Numbered from the stretch's first letter, positions 50,285-60,204 are shown. The stretch is DNA of 64,000 bases from a virus (IMGVR_UViG_3300037859_000002:1-64000), one strand, 5' to 3'. Program-made: numbers and translations. The notes: generated from the sequence alone by a model not told the origin.

Positions 50285-50854
50285 GCGTCGTGGCCGTTTG
50301 CTGGGGCGCCATGGTGCGGACCAGTCGCTGGCGCAGGGCCTCGACCCTGTTCCAGGCCGTCCAGTCGGTGGCCTGGCTCTGGGTCGCCACCTGCTGACCG
50401 TAACTGGTCAGCGCCGTGATCAGCGTCAGCAGCTCGTCCTCGTCGAGGGCGATGTTCATGCGCGGGGCGCCGCCAGGTAGCGTGCGATCCGAACGGCCGA
50501 CTGCTCGTCCAGCCAGTCCAGGAGCTGGGCCTTCATCAGGTCCGCCACCGGGCCATCGTTGAGTTCGGGACGCTGCTCGCGCAGGCTTTCGGCCAAGCGG
50601 CGCCACGAGCTGGGCTGCAGGGTCAGGCCCTGCTCAGCGAGCGCGGCGCGAATGTCCGCGGTGCAAAGCAGGACGTGGCCCAGCCGGACCGCGAGTTCCT
50701 CGAGCAGGGCCCGGCCCTCCTCGATGGTGGGCTCGCGACCGAAGGTCGCGCACCAGATGCGCGCGCAGATTTCGGCGATGTCGGCCGCCCGATCGCGGAG
50801 CGTGCGCTCGGGCGCGGCCTCGAAGACGGATTGTTCCTCCATCGGAGTGGGTCC

Positions 50855-50919
50855 TCTCGTTTCGCGCCCACGAACCGGCGGGCGCTCGTCGGCGCCTCTC
50901 ACATGAGAGGCGAACGAGA
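50855..50919 (-). ncRNA. Hammerhead type III (C4 variant)
   Basis: TCTCGT-T-CGCCTCTC/GAGAGGCG-CCGACGA-stemII-GAAACGAGA. Confidence 0.75.
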
Positions 50920-51573
50920 TACACTTAAATGTGGTGAGCCGGGAGTCAAATGGAAAGGCCCCCCACCCGGAAAAGGGTAGGGGGCCTTGCGCGCGAGGGT
51001 CAGGCGCGGCGCATCTGGCGCAGACCCTCGCGGGTCGACCTGGCGCCGCCGCAGATGGCCCGATGGGCCACCGCGGCTGCGGCTCTGGTGCGCCGAAGCA
51101 TCTCCTGCTCGTCGAGCTTGATCTCGCCGGTCAGGCTGTCCTGCAGGTCCTGCAGGGTATCGCGGGCCGCGGCCAGCGCATCGCGCACATAATCGGGCTG
51201 CTTGGGCATGGTATGTGCTCCTGGCCCCGGCTGCCTCTTCGGCACAGGATGGGGGCCCACATCGCTGTGGATGCACGCCGCGGCTCCTTCCTCGCGGGAG
51301 GGGCGCGCGCGCGCATTTCGATCAGCCGCGCTCGGTGCGCGCGGTCCGGCTCGGATCATCCGGATCTGCGGCTTCGAAGGCGCGGTGGTCATAGGTCGTG
51401 GTCTCGCCCTGCTCGAGGTCCCAGTCGACGCCAAACTCATCATCGGCGGCGATCCTGACCGCCTCTTCGACGGTGCGGGCCATGACGATGCCCGTGTGAC
51501 AGAGACACTGGTCGACATAGCGGTGGACCACGAATTCTCGCTCCGGTGGGTCGGCGCTCATGCGCGCGTTCCT

Positions 51574-51629
51574 CCCTTTCGCCGGCGGCTGGCCGGCTCG
51601 TCAGCCCCCACCAGGTGGTGGGGAAAGGG
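51574..51629 (-). ncRNA. Hammerhead ribozyme type III
   Basis: CCCT-T-stemI-CTGACGA-GCCGGC/GCCGGC-GAAAGGG. Confidence 0.87.
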
Positions 51630-52161
51630 GCCGCCCCCCGCAGGGGGCGGTCGTCAGTCCCGTCGGTCGATCCAGTAGCGCGGCACCCGATGATCGGGTG
51701 GGAAGCCGAAGCTCCCATCCTGCTCGAGGGTGACCACGATGGTCTCGGGGGTCTCGATCGCGACGGTGTCGACCACGACGAGCTCGAACTGGAATGTCGT
51801 GTTCGTGCTGTCGGCGTCGGCGTAGCGGTCGCCCGCGAGGTCGATGACCGACCCCGGTGTGAGGTCGGCCACCCGAACCATTTCGGGCGCGATCATCCTG
51901 TGCGATCCCATCCTCCGGGATGGCCAGGACGTGGGGTGATCATCGTCACCCTGGGGCGTCGGCGCCGCCACTCGTGCAGCGCCAGCAGCCCGTAGAAGGT
52001 CGTGGCCGCGGCGCCTGTCGTCAGCGCCGCGGCCCACATGATCTGCTGCACCGTCGGGTCGTCCTCGAAGATGAGGAACACGCCGGTCGCGGCAAAGATC
52101 ACGCCGGCGACTCCGCTGATGCCCAGCAGGGCAAAGCCGAGAAGTCGGTACATGGGTCGTT

Positions 52162-52219
52162 CCCTTTCGCCGGCATGCTGGCCGGCTCATCAGTCCGCCC
52201 CATCAGGGAGCGGAAAGGG
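52162..52219 (-). ncRNA. Hammerhead ribozyme type III
   Basis: CCCT-T-TCCGCTCC/GGGGCGGA-CTGATGA-GCCGGC/GCCGGC-GAAAGGG. Confidence 0.9.
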
Positions 52220-52506
52220 CGACGCGCCCGCCCCAGCCTTGGGGCCAGAGCGGGCGCGCGTCGTTGGTTTCAGGCCGCCAGGGCTTCGTCAGAGGGCGGG
52301 GTCGCCCTGCTGGACTTGCGCCACTCGTAGACCGCACCTGCCACGCAGGTGACGGCCATCAGGGCGTTGACCGCGATGTTGAGGCCCGGTACCAACATGG
52401 TGCCCGCGCGCATCATCGGGAGCCAGGCAATGGCCAGGCCGGTGAAGCCCACCGCCGAAGCGGCGTAGATGCGGGCGTTCATTTTGTTGCTGGTCATGAT
52501 GTGTTC

Positions 52507-52561
52507 CCCTTTCGCCGCAGACTGGCGGCTCATCAGGCCCCACACGCTGTGGGGTCGAGGG
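52507..52561 (-). ncRNA. Hammerhead ribozyme type III
   Basis: CCCT-C-stemI-CTGATGA-GCCGC/GCGGC-GAAAGGG. Confidence 0.87.
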
Positions 52562-52837
52562 TGGGTGCCCCCACACAGGGGGCACCCAACAGGAAGATCA
52601 CGCGGCCTGCTCCAGGGCCTTGTCCTGGGGCTTGCCCAGGTAGCGGGCCGCCACGTTGGCGCCCACGGCGACAACGACGCCCCCGACCGCGATGGCGCCC
52701 AAAACGGGCGCCGTCATCGGAACCAGCGGCAGCAGCAGCACCGCCAACCGGTAGCCCGCCAGACCAGAGGTCAGCAGGCCCGCGGTCTCGGCCACGGCAG
52801 CGATCTTCTTCGTGTTGAAGGTCATCGGATCGATCTC

Positions 52838-52914
52838 CTGAGTGATGATGCGTTCGCCCCTTGCCAAAGGGGCCTCGTCAGCCGGGCTCATTGGCTACCC
52901 GGTCGCACACTCAG
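52838..52914 (-). ncRNA. Hammerhead-like type III (GAAC/GA variant)
   Basis: TGCG-A-CCGGG/CCCGG-CTGACGA-GCCCCTT/AAGGGGC-GAA-CGCA; outer CTGAGTG/CACTCAG. Confidence 0.55.
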
Positions 52915-53013
52915 AATCGTCGTTGACATACCGTATGTGGTGATTCTCCACATATATTCAACCACTTAGGCGCAGAAAAGCTCCGAAAATGCACCGAAAA
53001 TGGTCGATCCCAC

Positions 53014-53856
53014 ATGCCTAAGGGCCACCCGCCCTCCATCTGGGCCAGCATCCGCGCCGACTATGTCGCAGGCCTGGGCACGACCAACGACCTGGCCCGA
53101 ACCTATGGCGTCGACGCCTCGGGCATCCGCAAGCGCCGCATCCTCGAGGCCTGGCCCGAACCGGGCGAACGCATCGTAGACACCGCCCTCTACAGGACCA
53201 AATCCAAGCAGGGTGTGAAACCCGCAGATCAAGCCCCGCGCTCGCCAAAGCAGCAGGCCGGAACACATTTCACACCCGAGGGTGTGAAACCCATGGAACA
53301 CCCTGGAACACCCCCCCGGACGGGCGTGCTCCAGAAGCCCCGAACGCGAGAGCAGGCGCTGCTCATGGCCGCCGAACGCGAGTTCGTCCGAGACCTCGCC
53401 ATCATCGACGCCATCGCCCCCAAGGCGGCAGCCCTCATCGAAGACCACCTGGCCCGGACCGCCCAGCTCAAGCAGCACTTCACCCGGCTCCACACCCTCC
53501 TGGGCAACCTCATCCACGACGACCCCCAGAAGCGCGCGACCGCACAGGACGTGCTCGGCCAGGTGCCGCCCGAAACGGTGCTGAACACGATGCTCAACCT
53601 GGCCTCGTCGATCCAGCGGCTCGAGCGCCAGTCGCTGCAGCTCGACATGGGGCCCCGGCGCCTCGAGCTCACCGGCAAGGACGGGGCGCCGCTGCCCGCC
53701 ACCCAGGTCAACGTCGGTGTGGGCGTGAAGCTCGACGCCAAGACCATGACGACCGAGCAGCTGGCCGCCCTGGGCTCGGTCCTGGAGGCCGTGGACGGCC
53801 AGGCGCCGCGCACGGCGCTGAAGCGTCCGCCCCAGGGGCCGATGATTGAGGGCTGA
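53014..53856 (+). CDS. Putative terminase small subunit-like protein
   Basis: N-terminal HTH (WASIRADY..LARTYGV), ELTGKDGAPL C-terminal motif. Confidence 0.65.
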   Translation: MPKGHPPSIWASIRADYVAGLGTTNDLARTYGVDASGIRKRRILEAWPEPGERIVDTALYRTKSKQGVKPADQAPRSPKQQAGTHFTPEGVKPMEHPGTPPRTGVLQKPRTREQALLMAAEREFVRDLAIIDAIAPKAAALIEDHLARTAQLKQHFTRLHTLLGNLIHDDPQKRATAQDVLGQVPPETVLNTMLNLASSIQRLERQSLQLDMGPRRLELTGKDGAPLPATQVNVGVGVKLDAKTMTTEQLAALGSVLEAVDGQAPRTALKRPPQGPMIEG

Positions 53857-54061
53857 GCAGCGCCGGCCTTTCTTCGTGCGTCGGGCCCGTGGTAGAACGC
53901 GCGTCGCTACTGCCGAGGTCACGCTCGGCGTGAGTCCTGCGATGGCCTGGCCAGATCGGGCGGGGCGCTCCCCGCGGACATCGAGCACAGGGCGAACGGT
54001 GGAAGTAACGCCCCTCCAGTAGCCACTTGCACGGCACATCGAAGTGTGAGATACGGTGCGG

Positions 54062-54195
54062 GCTGCTTGGCGATCAGGCCCGTTACTTTGGAAACTGTAG
54101 GTCGTCCGTTCAAATCGGACCAGCGGTCGCAAGGCTGCTGTAGCTCAGCCTGGTAGAGCAACGGTATGAAACGGACCGCCCTAAATTCCGGCGGC
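54062..54195 (+). ncRNA. yrlA: YrlA-like Y RNA with tRNA-mimic domain
   Basis: GCTGCTTGGCG..GTTACTT, T arm GTCCG-TTCAAAT-CGGAC, closed acceptor CAGCGGTC-GCAA-GGCTGCTG, D arm TAGCTCAGCCTGGTAGAGC, ..TTCCGGCGGC. Confidence 0.85.
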
Positions 54196-54603
54196 AACTG
54201 CTAACCCATCCGGCCAGGGGTTGTGGCCGGGGACCGAGATGAGTGCCCCGCGAGGGGAGCCAAGCCCCCACAGGGGGCCGCCCGGTTGATCACCGGGCGC
54301 TCGGAGGAATTCAGTTCTGCGGTGGCCGGTACGAAGCGCGAGCAAAGAACCTCGTCGCCCCACGGGCAACCTTACAGTAGGGGCTGGCTACGCCCGGCAC
54401 ACGCAAGTGGGATGCCGGCAACGTCGCAAAGCCAGTTCGGCCGCCCGGGACGCCGGGGCGCTCGGCCGACGTGTTGGCCATCGCAGAAGCCAGCTGATTT
54501 GGGGTGGTGTTCTCGGCCCGCATTTCGTGGGCCAAAGCCTTGATAAAACGAGCGTATGTGCTGGTGCCCTTGAGCTGGTCTGGCCATCGCGGAAGCCTTC
54601 GGA

Positions 54604-54680
54604 TGCAGGGTAGAGCAGCCCGGTAGCTCGTCTGGCTCATAACCAGAAGGTCGCCCGTTCGAATCGGGCCTCTGCAACCA
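54604..54680 (+). tRNA. tRNA-Met(CAT), initiator-like
   Basis: GAGCAGCCCGGTAGCTC D arm, CTCATAA loop, TTCGAAT, ACCA. Confidence 0.9.
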
Positions 54681-55232
54681 CCCCGGCTCGGATTGCCACA
54701 CACAAGCATAACGTGAGCGCAAGCCGCGATGCCCATCAACAAAGCCGTGCTTCATGTCTTGGAGCAAATAGAGCGGTCGCTCCGTATCAAGCTGCGGCCG
54801 CCGCCGCTCTCCGAACACGAGTTCGTCGCCGGATTGGACCGACACTATCCCGATCTGCCTGCCGCGCGCCGCGCTGCCCTCATCCAGGAATTCGCGGCCA
54901 TGCAGAGGTTGGGGCCGCTCCGCAAGGAACGGGCCGCGGCCGCCCTCGAGGATATGCGGTCGGGCGCCAGCCGCGATCCCAGAGCGCAGGCCATCATCGA
55001 GATCCTGGATATTCTCGGCCCACCCCCTGAAAACCCAGGGGCCGTACCGCTGGTCGGCGGCTTCCGTGAGCGTGTGGCCCGCAATCGCCAGGAGAAGGAC
55101 CGGGAAAAGTGGCAGGACAAACTGCGGGAACGGTCCAAAGCCATGGCCAGAGCGAGATACAAGGCGCGCAAGGAGCGCCAGCTGGCCGAGTTGAATAACC
55201 TCCAGTCTGCTGGGTAGCTTCCACAGGCTTTC

Positions 55233-55307
55233 GCCCCGCTAGCTCAATGGCAGAGCGCCCCCTTTGTAAGGGGATGGTTGCCGGGTCGAAACCGGCGCGG
55301 GGCTCCA
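55233..55307 (+). tRNA. tRNA-Thr(TGT), atypical T loop
   Basis: GCCCCGC/GCGGGGC-T-CCA, loop TTTGTAA, T loop GTCGAAA. Confidence 0.8.
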
Positions 55308-55754
55308 CGCTTCCAAAACACATGAAAATGTGCGACAGGGGCGCCCCACCAGGAGGCTGCACATGCGCATCAAGGGCCGGCTCATCATCGACGAGTATGT
55401 GCCAGGCGAGCCGGTGGCACACCGATGGCCGCTCCGCTTCAAGATCACTGGCGAGGATCTCGATCATGAGTTCATGATCGACCGGCACATCCCCGCCGGG
55501 GGGCAGGCCGTGTTCGGCATCGACATCGAGGTCCTCACCCCGGCGCCCGATGCGGTGCCCCCGGGTGGTCTCGCCCCCACCGACTTTCCGCCGCGGCTCG
55601 GCGTCTCGAGCGTCGGAGGGATCAAGCCCGCGTCCCTTACCGATGCCTTGGTCGGAACCCTGATGAAGGTGACGCCGCTGCCCGACCCGGCGGTGATCAC
55701 CGAGGCGATCGCCGCGATCGCCAAGCCCACGAGGGTGAAGCCCCGGCGCCGCCG

Positions 55755-56024
55755 ATGACCGCGTCAGAGCGTCGGCGCCTGGTCTCGACCGCGATCCTCG
55801 AGGCCGCGGGCGTCGTCCCCGAGGAGGCCGCGGCCCGAGACCCGGTCCCCGATGAAACCGACCTGCAGGGCCTGGGTCTCGACTCGCTCGACATGGTCGA
55901 CATCCAGATCTCGCTCAACCTCGGGCTCGGCATCGACGTCCCGGACGCCGACATGGAGGGCCTCGAGACCGTCGGTCACATCTATGCCCTGGTGGAGCGC
56001 CTGTGTGATGGAACACCGGCCTGA
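55755..56024 (+). CDS. Acyl carrier protein-like
   Basis: LGLDSLDMVDI phosphopantetheine site; IDVPDADMEGLETVG. Confidence 0.85.
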   Translation: MTASERRRLVSTAILEAAGVVPEEAAARDPVPDETDLQGLGLDSLDMVDIQISLNLGLGIDVPDADMEGLETVGHIYALVERLCDGTPA

Positions 56025-56036
56025 TCGTCGCTGACC

Positions 56037-57602
56037 GTGCCGCTCGACCTCACCCAGGTGCAGGACCTGGCGCTCGCAAACCGCATCGAGATCGAGCGCG
56101 AGCTCGGGCGCCGCAGCTTCTGGCACTTCTTCCGGATGGCATGGCGCTACATCGATCCGGCGCCCTTCGTCGATGGCTGGCACCTGCGCGCGATCTGCGA
56201 CGCGCTCGAGGCCCTGGCCCGACGCGACTTCCGTGAGCTCGTGCTCTGCGTGCCCCCGCGGCACACGAAGTCGCTGCTCGTCTCGGTCTGCTTCCCCGCC
56301 TGGGTCTGGACCTGGGATCCGGCCCACCAGTTCATCACCGCCTCATACGACCAGCGCCTGGCCGTGCGCGACGGGCTCAAGAGCCGCCGCCTGGTCAAGA
56401 GCGCCTGGTTCCAACAGCGGTGGCCCGAGGTCCAGTTCCGCAAGGACCAGGACACCAAGACCTACTACGAGACCACCGCGGGCGGGCACCGGTTTCTCAC
56501 CACGCCGGGCTCGGGCGTGACGGGCCACGGCGCCGACACCATCCTGGGCGACGACCTGCACAACGCCAAGGAGGCGACCACCGAGATCAGCCGCGAGGAA
56601 GCCCGCGAATTCTGGTTCGAGAGCATCAGCTCGCGCCTCAACGACCAGATGACCGGCGCCTTCGGGGTGATCCAGCAGCGCCTGCACAACGACGACGTGG
56701 CCGGCCACTGCATGCGCAAGGGCTACCACAAGGTGGTGCTGCCCGCGCTCTTTGAGGCCGACCACCCGGACGCATACGCGCTCGACCCTCGCGTCGAGGG
56801 CGAACCCCTGTGGCCGGCGCGCATGCCCCTCGAGGCGATCGAGCGTCAGCGCCAGACCCTCGGGGCCTATGCCTTCGCTGGTCAGCAGCAGCAGCGCCCC
56901 ACGGCGCGCGAGGGCGGGCTGTTCAAGCGCGCCGACTTCATCATCGGCGAGGCCATCCCGCCCGGGGTCATCAGCTGGGTCCGCCGCTGGGACCTGGCGG
57001 GGACCGAGCCCAAGCCCGGGGGCGACCCCGACTACACCGTGGGCGTCAGGATGGGCCGCCTGCCCGACGGGCGGTTCGTCATCAGCTCGGTGATCCGGGA
57101 GCGCCTGTCGCCCCTTGGGGTGGAGAAGCTCCTTCTCGCGACCGCGCAGCTCGATGGTACGGGGGTCACGATCGGGCTGAGCCAGGATCCCGGTCAGGCG
57201 GGCAAGGCCCAGATCAGGGCGCTGACGACGATGTTGAACGGCTACATGGTCGTGTCGGAGCCCGAGACGGGATCGAAGTTCACCCGCGCCGAGATCCTGG
57301 CCCCCCAGGTGGAGGCGGGCAACCTGCTGCTGCTGCGCGCCGACTGGAACGAAGAGTTCCTGGTCGAGATGCAGATGTTCCCCAACGCCTCGCACGACGA
57401 CCAGGTGGACGCCGCCACGGGCGCGCACCGGCTGCTGACCCAGAACCAGCAGGGCATGCTCGACCTGATGCGCGCCGAATTCCGCGACGCGATGTTGAAG
57501 CGCGCGCGCGAGCTGATCGCCCAGGGCCAGATGGCCGACCCAGAGATTGCGGTCGCCACGGGGTTGGCGCTCGAGGAGATCGAGGCCCTTCGGCGCGCTT
57601 GA
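56037..57602 (+). CDS. terL: Terminase large subunit
   Basis: PPRHTKS, GHGAD..DD, IQQRLH, WDLA, FPNASHDDQVDA. Confidence 0.95.
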   Translation: MPLDLTQVQDLALANRIEIERELGRRSFWHFFRMAWRYIDPAPFVDGWHLRAICDALEALARRDFRELVLCVPPRHTKSLLVSVCFPAWVWTWDPAHQFITASYDQRLAVRDGLKSRRLVKSAWFQQRWPEVQFRKDQDTKTYYETTAGGHRFLTTPGSGVTGHGADTILGDDLHNAKEATTEISREEAREFWFESISSRLNDQMTGAFGVIQQRLHNDDVAGHCMRKGYHKVVLPALFEADHPDAYALDPRVEGEPLWPARMPLEAIERQRQTLGAYAFAGQQQQRPTAREGGLFKRADFIIGEAIPPGVISWVRRWDLAGTEPKPGGDPDYTVGVRMGRLPDGRFVISSVIRERLSPLGVEKLLLATAQLDGTGVTIGLSQDPGQAGKAQIRALTTMLNGYMVVSEPETGSKFTRAEILAPQVEAGNLLLLRADWNEEFLVEMQMFPNASHDDQVDAATGAHRLLTQNQQGMLDLMRAEFRDAMLKRARELIAQGQMADPEIAVATGLALEEIEALRRA

Positions 57603-58576
57603 CCCGATAACACATTTTGATGTTATCATGCCCCCATTGGTGGAATCGATAAGGGGGTGGCGATGGTCTGGAATCTCGAGGTGCTGTGCCCGATCTCGGA
57701 GCGCGAGATCAGATCGGCGGCAAAGCTGATGCCCATCGTGGCCATGAGCCACGTGGTCAGGGTGCTCACCCCGCCCTTGGTGGCCGCCGGCATCGGTTGC
57801 GTCTGGTTCGCGGTCATGTGCGGCCTGGTCGAGGCGCCGGTCCATGTGGTCGGCCCGCTGATGGGGATCGGCCTGGGCGTCATTTTCGGTTCGCTCGTCA
57901 CGGCCTCGACGGGCGTGCGGCTCACGCGCGTGTCCCGCGACTGCGAGGAGGAGTGGCGCGCGCAGCAGGGCCAGAGCAACTCGCGCCGGAGCGTGCCATG
58001 AGCGCCGCTCCGCGTGTGATCGAGCTCGGGGTTCCCAGTTACTGGAACGACGACCAGGTCGAGGCCTTTCGAAGCGCCTGGGAATACATGCAGACCGGCA
58101 AAGACTCACTCGGCCTGCTCGTTTGTAACGACCCCTCAACAAGACCGATCAGCGTCGCCAACCGCGAGCGCGCCCTTCACTGGGCGAAGGATTTCATCAG
58201 CCGCGGCTCGCTCAACGTCGTCGACGACCAGTCGTTCGACGAGCTGAAAAAACTCAGTCGCTCGATCGGCTTGTTCCTCGATTATGGCCACTGGGTGATG
58301 CAGATGCCCGAAGGCGACGGCCGATGAACGTGCTGGTCCGCTTCTGCCTCGCCCTGGTCGCGATGCCCTTTGTGGTCGTCGTCGCCTTCTGCGCCCTGGC
58401 CGCGGCGGTCGCGACCGCCGCATGGATCTTCATCCTCATGTGCGCGCTCTCGCTCGGCCTGATCGCGCTGACCATGTGCGTGCTCGCCATGCCGGACAAA
58501 GCGGTGAGCAGCAAGGTCGTGAACATGACGATCCACCGCGGTGGCAAGGACGGAAAGCCCGCGGCGTGATCCGCTG

Positions 58577-59272
58577 ATGCCGCGCGCACGCATCGATCCC
58601 GGTTGGCTGCGCGCGGCCCTGATGGATGAAATCCGCGCCTGCATCGCCGCCGGCCGGTCATTCCCGACCAACAGCGATCTTGGGGCGCGCTGGGACATCA
58701 ACGCCGTCACCGTGGTCGAGAAGCTGAACCAGTTGAAGGCCATGAAGCTGATCAGGGTCGAGCGCTTCGGCAACAGCCGGCGAATCACCCTGGTCGAAAC
58801 CGGCGGGCAGACGAGGCTGCCCAGCGGGGTGCGCGAGACACAACACTGGTCCGAGCGAGGGGGGCGCCCCCCCCGGCGCGGGACCGGCGCCCGATCCGGG
58901 GCGCCTCCAGGGGGCGCGTCGGCCGCCCCAGCGAACCAAGGGGGCCTGACGCGCCGCCCCGGCGCCCGGACGCCCCAGGCGCCGGGTGTTTTTGAGGCCA
59001 AGGCCCCCGAGCCGACACCGGTGCCAGATCAGGCTGAAGTCCGACTGCGGGCCAACATCACCAGGGCGAAGAACCTCGCCCAGCGCTCCGTGGCCGGCAC
59101 CTACAAGGCGCCGACGGTGTTGCCGGTCCCGCGACGCTGTGCGTTCCCCGTGCGTGACTGGCGCGCCCACCCGCGCGCCTGGTTCTGCGGTAGCCCCTCG
59201 GTCGAGGGGCGCCCCTATTGCGCCGCGCACTGCGAGGTCGCCTACCAGAAGCGCAAGGAAGAAACGGAATGA
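58577..59272 (+). CDS. wHTH protein with GcrA-like C-terminal Zn finger
   Basis: CAFP..WFCG.P..G.PYC..HC..AY. Confidence 0.7.
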   Translation: MPRARIDPGWLRAALMDEIRACIAAGRSFPTNSDLGARWDINAVTVVEKLNQLKAMKLIRVERFGNSRRITLVETGGQTRLPSGVRETQHWSERGGRPPRRGTGARSGAPPGGASAAPANQGGLTRRPGARTPQAPGVFEAKAPEPTPVPDQAEVRLRANITRAKNLAQRSVAGTYKAPTVLPVPRRCAFPVRDWRAHPRAWFCGSPSVEGRPYCAAHCEVAYQKRKEETE

Positions 59273-59943
59273 CCAATGAGGTGCGCCAGCTTCAGTCGCC
59301 AGAGCGGCCGGGCCTGACCATGGCGCAGGCGGGTCTGGTGCTCGTCTACCCGGCTGACAAGTCGGCCCCCTTGGTCTTTGCCCTGCACGGTCGCCAGACG
59401 GACGCGCAGGGCGACCCGAAGGTGATCGTCCACTCCCAGGGAGGCCTGGTCGCTCTGGATGCCAACCAGGTTTCGGACCTGGGGCTGATCGTTCCCAACG
59501 CGCTGTTCGCCAGCCTCGCCCCGGGATATGGGCATGCCTAAGGGGGCGAATTCACAGTGTGAACTCTGTTTGTACCCTAGGAGCTCGAGTGAGCTCCTGA
59601 AGGCCCTCGTGGGTGACAATCCAATCAAGAAGATGGCCCTGATGCTCGGCTGGGAGCATGTGCGCCAGAACCTGGGCTGGCCCGTCGAGTATGAGAAATG
59701 GCCTACGTTCCTGCAGCAGACCTACGAGGACGGCCGCCAGATGGCCGTCGAGGTCCGCGCCGCGCTCATTGGGAGCCGGTCAGGCTGGCTGGAGGCCTGG
59801 CCGAGCCTGGATTCACTGCCCCCGGAGACCCATCGCGTGCTGGCCGAGCGCGCTTGTTGGGAACAGGTCTCGCCGTTCTCCCACCGTGCACCCGATCCCA
59901 AGCTGACCTTCGCTAGAACGCCGCTGCCGCGAGGAGGCCGACG

Positions 59944-60198
59944 ATGCCGATAGATCCGTTCCCGATGTCGCCCGGCCCCGCTGGCCCAGCCGAGAACGCC
60001 GCGGCCGCCACCCCCTCGGCCTCCGACATGGCGGTCACGATCAGGGGCTTCCACTGCAACGTCGCCGGTGACGTCGTCTGCCGCATGAAGAGCGGCAGCC
60101 AGTCGGTGACCTTCGCCTGCTCGGCCGGGGCCTTCTACCCCTACCGCCTGGCCGCGGTCCTGCCCGGCACGACGGCGTCGATCATCCTGCTCTGGTAA
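59944..60198 (+). CDS. Small virion protein, GTA head-spike base (Rcc01079)-like
   Basis: DPF..GPA..A..TP..RG..GDV..GTTA..LW. Confidence 0.6.
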   Translation: MPIDPFPMSPGPAGPAENAAAATPSASDMAVTIRGFHCNVAGDVVCRMKSGSQSVTFACSAGAFYPYRLAAVLPGTTASIILLW

Positions 60199-60204
60199 GC
60201 CGCA

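Noticed and set aside
51280-51325. Additional hammerhead
   Set aside because: TGATCGAAA start resembles the type II junctions, but no CUGANGA core follows; at most a decayed copy
54100-54165. Canonical tRNA
   Set aside because: T arm precedes D arm, the acceptor is closed by a loop, and there is no anticodon arm or CCA; called YrlA instead
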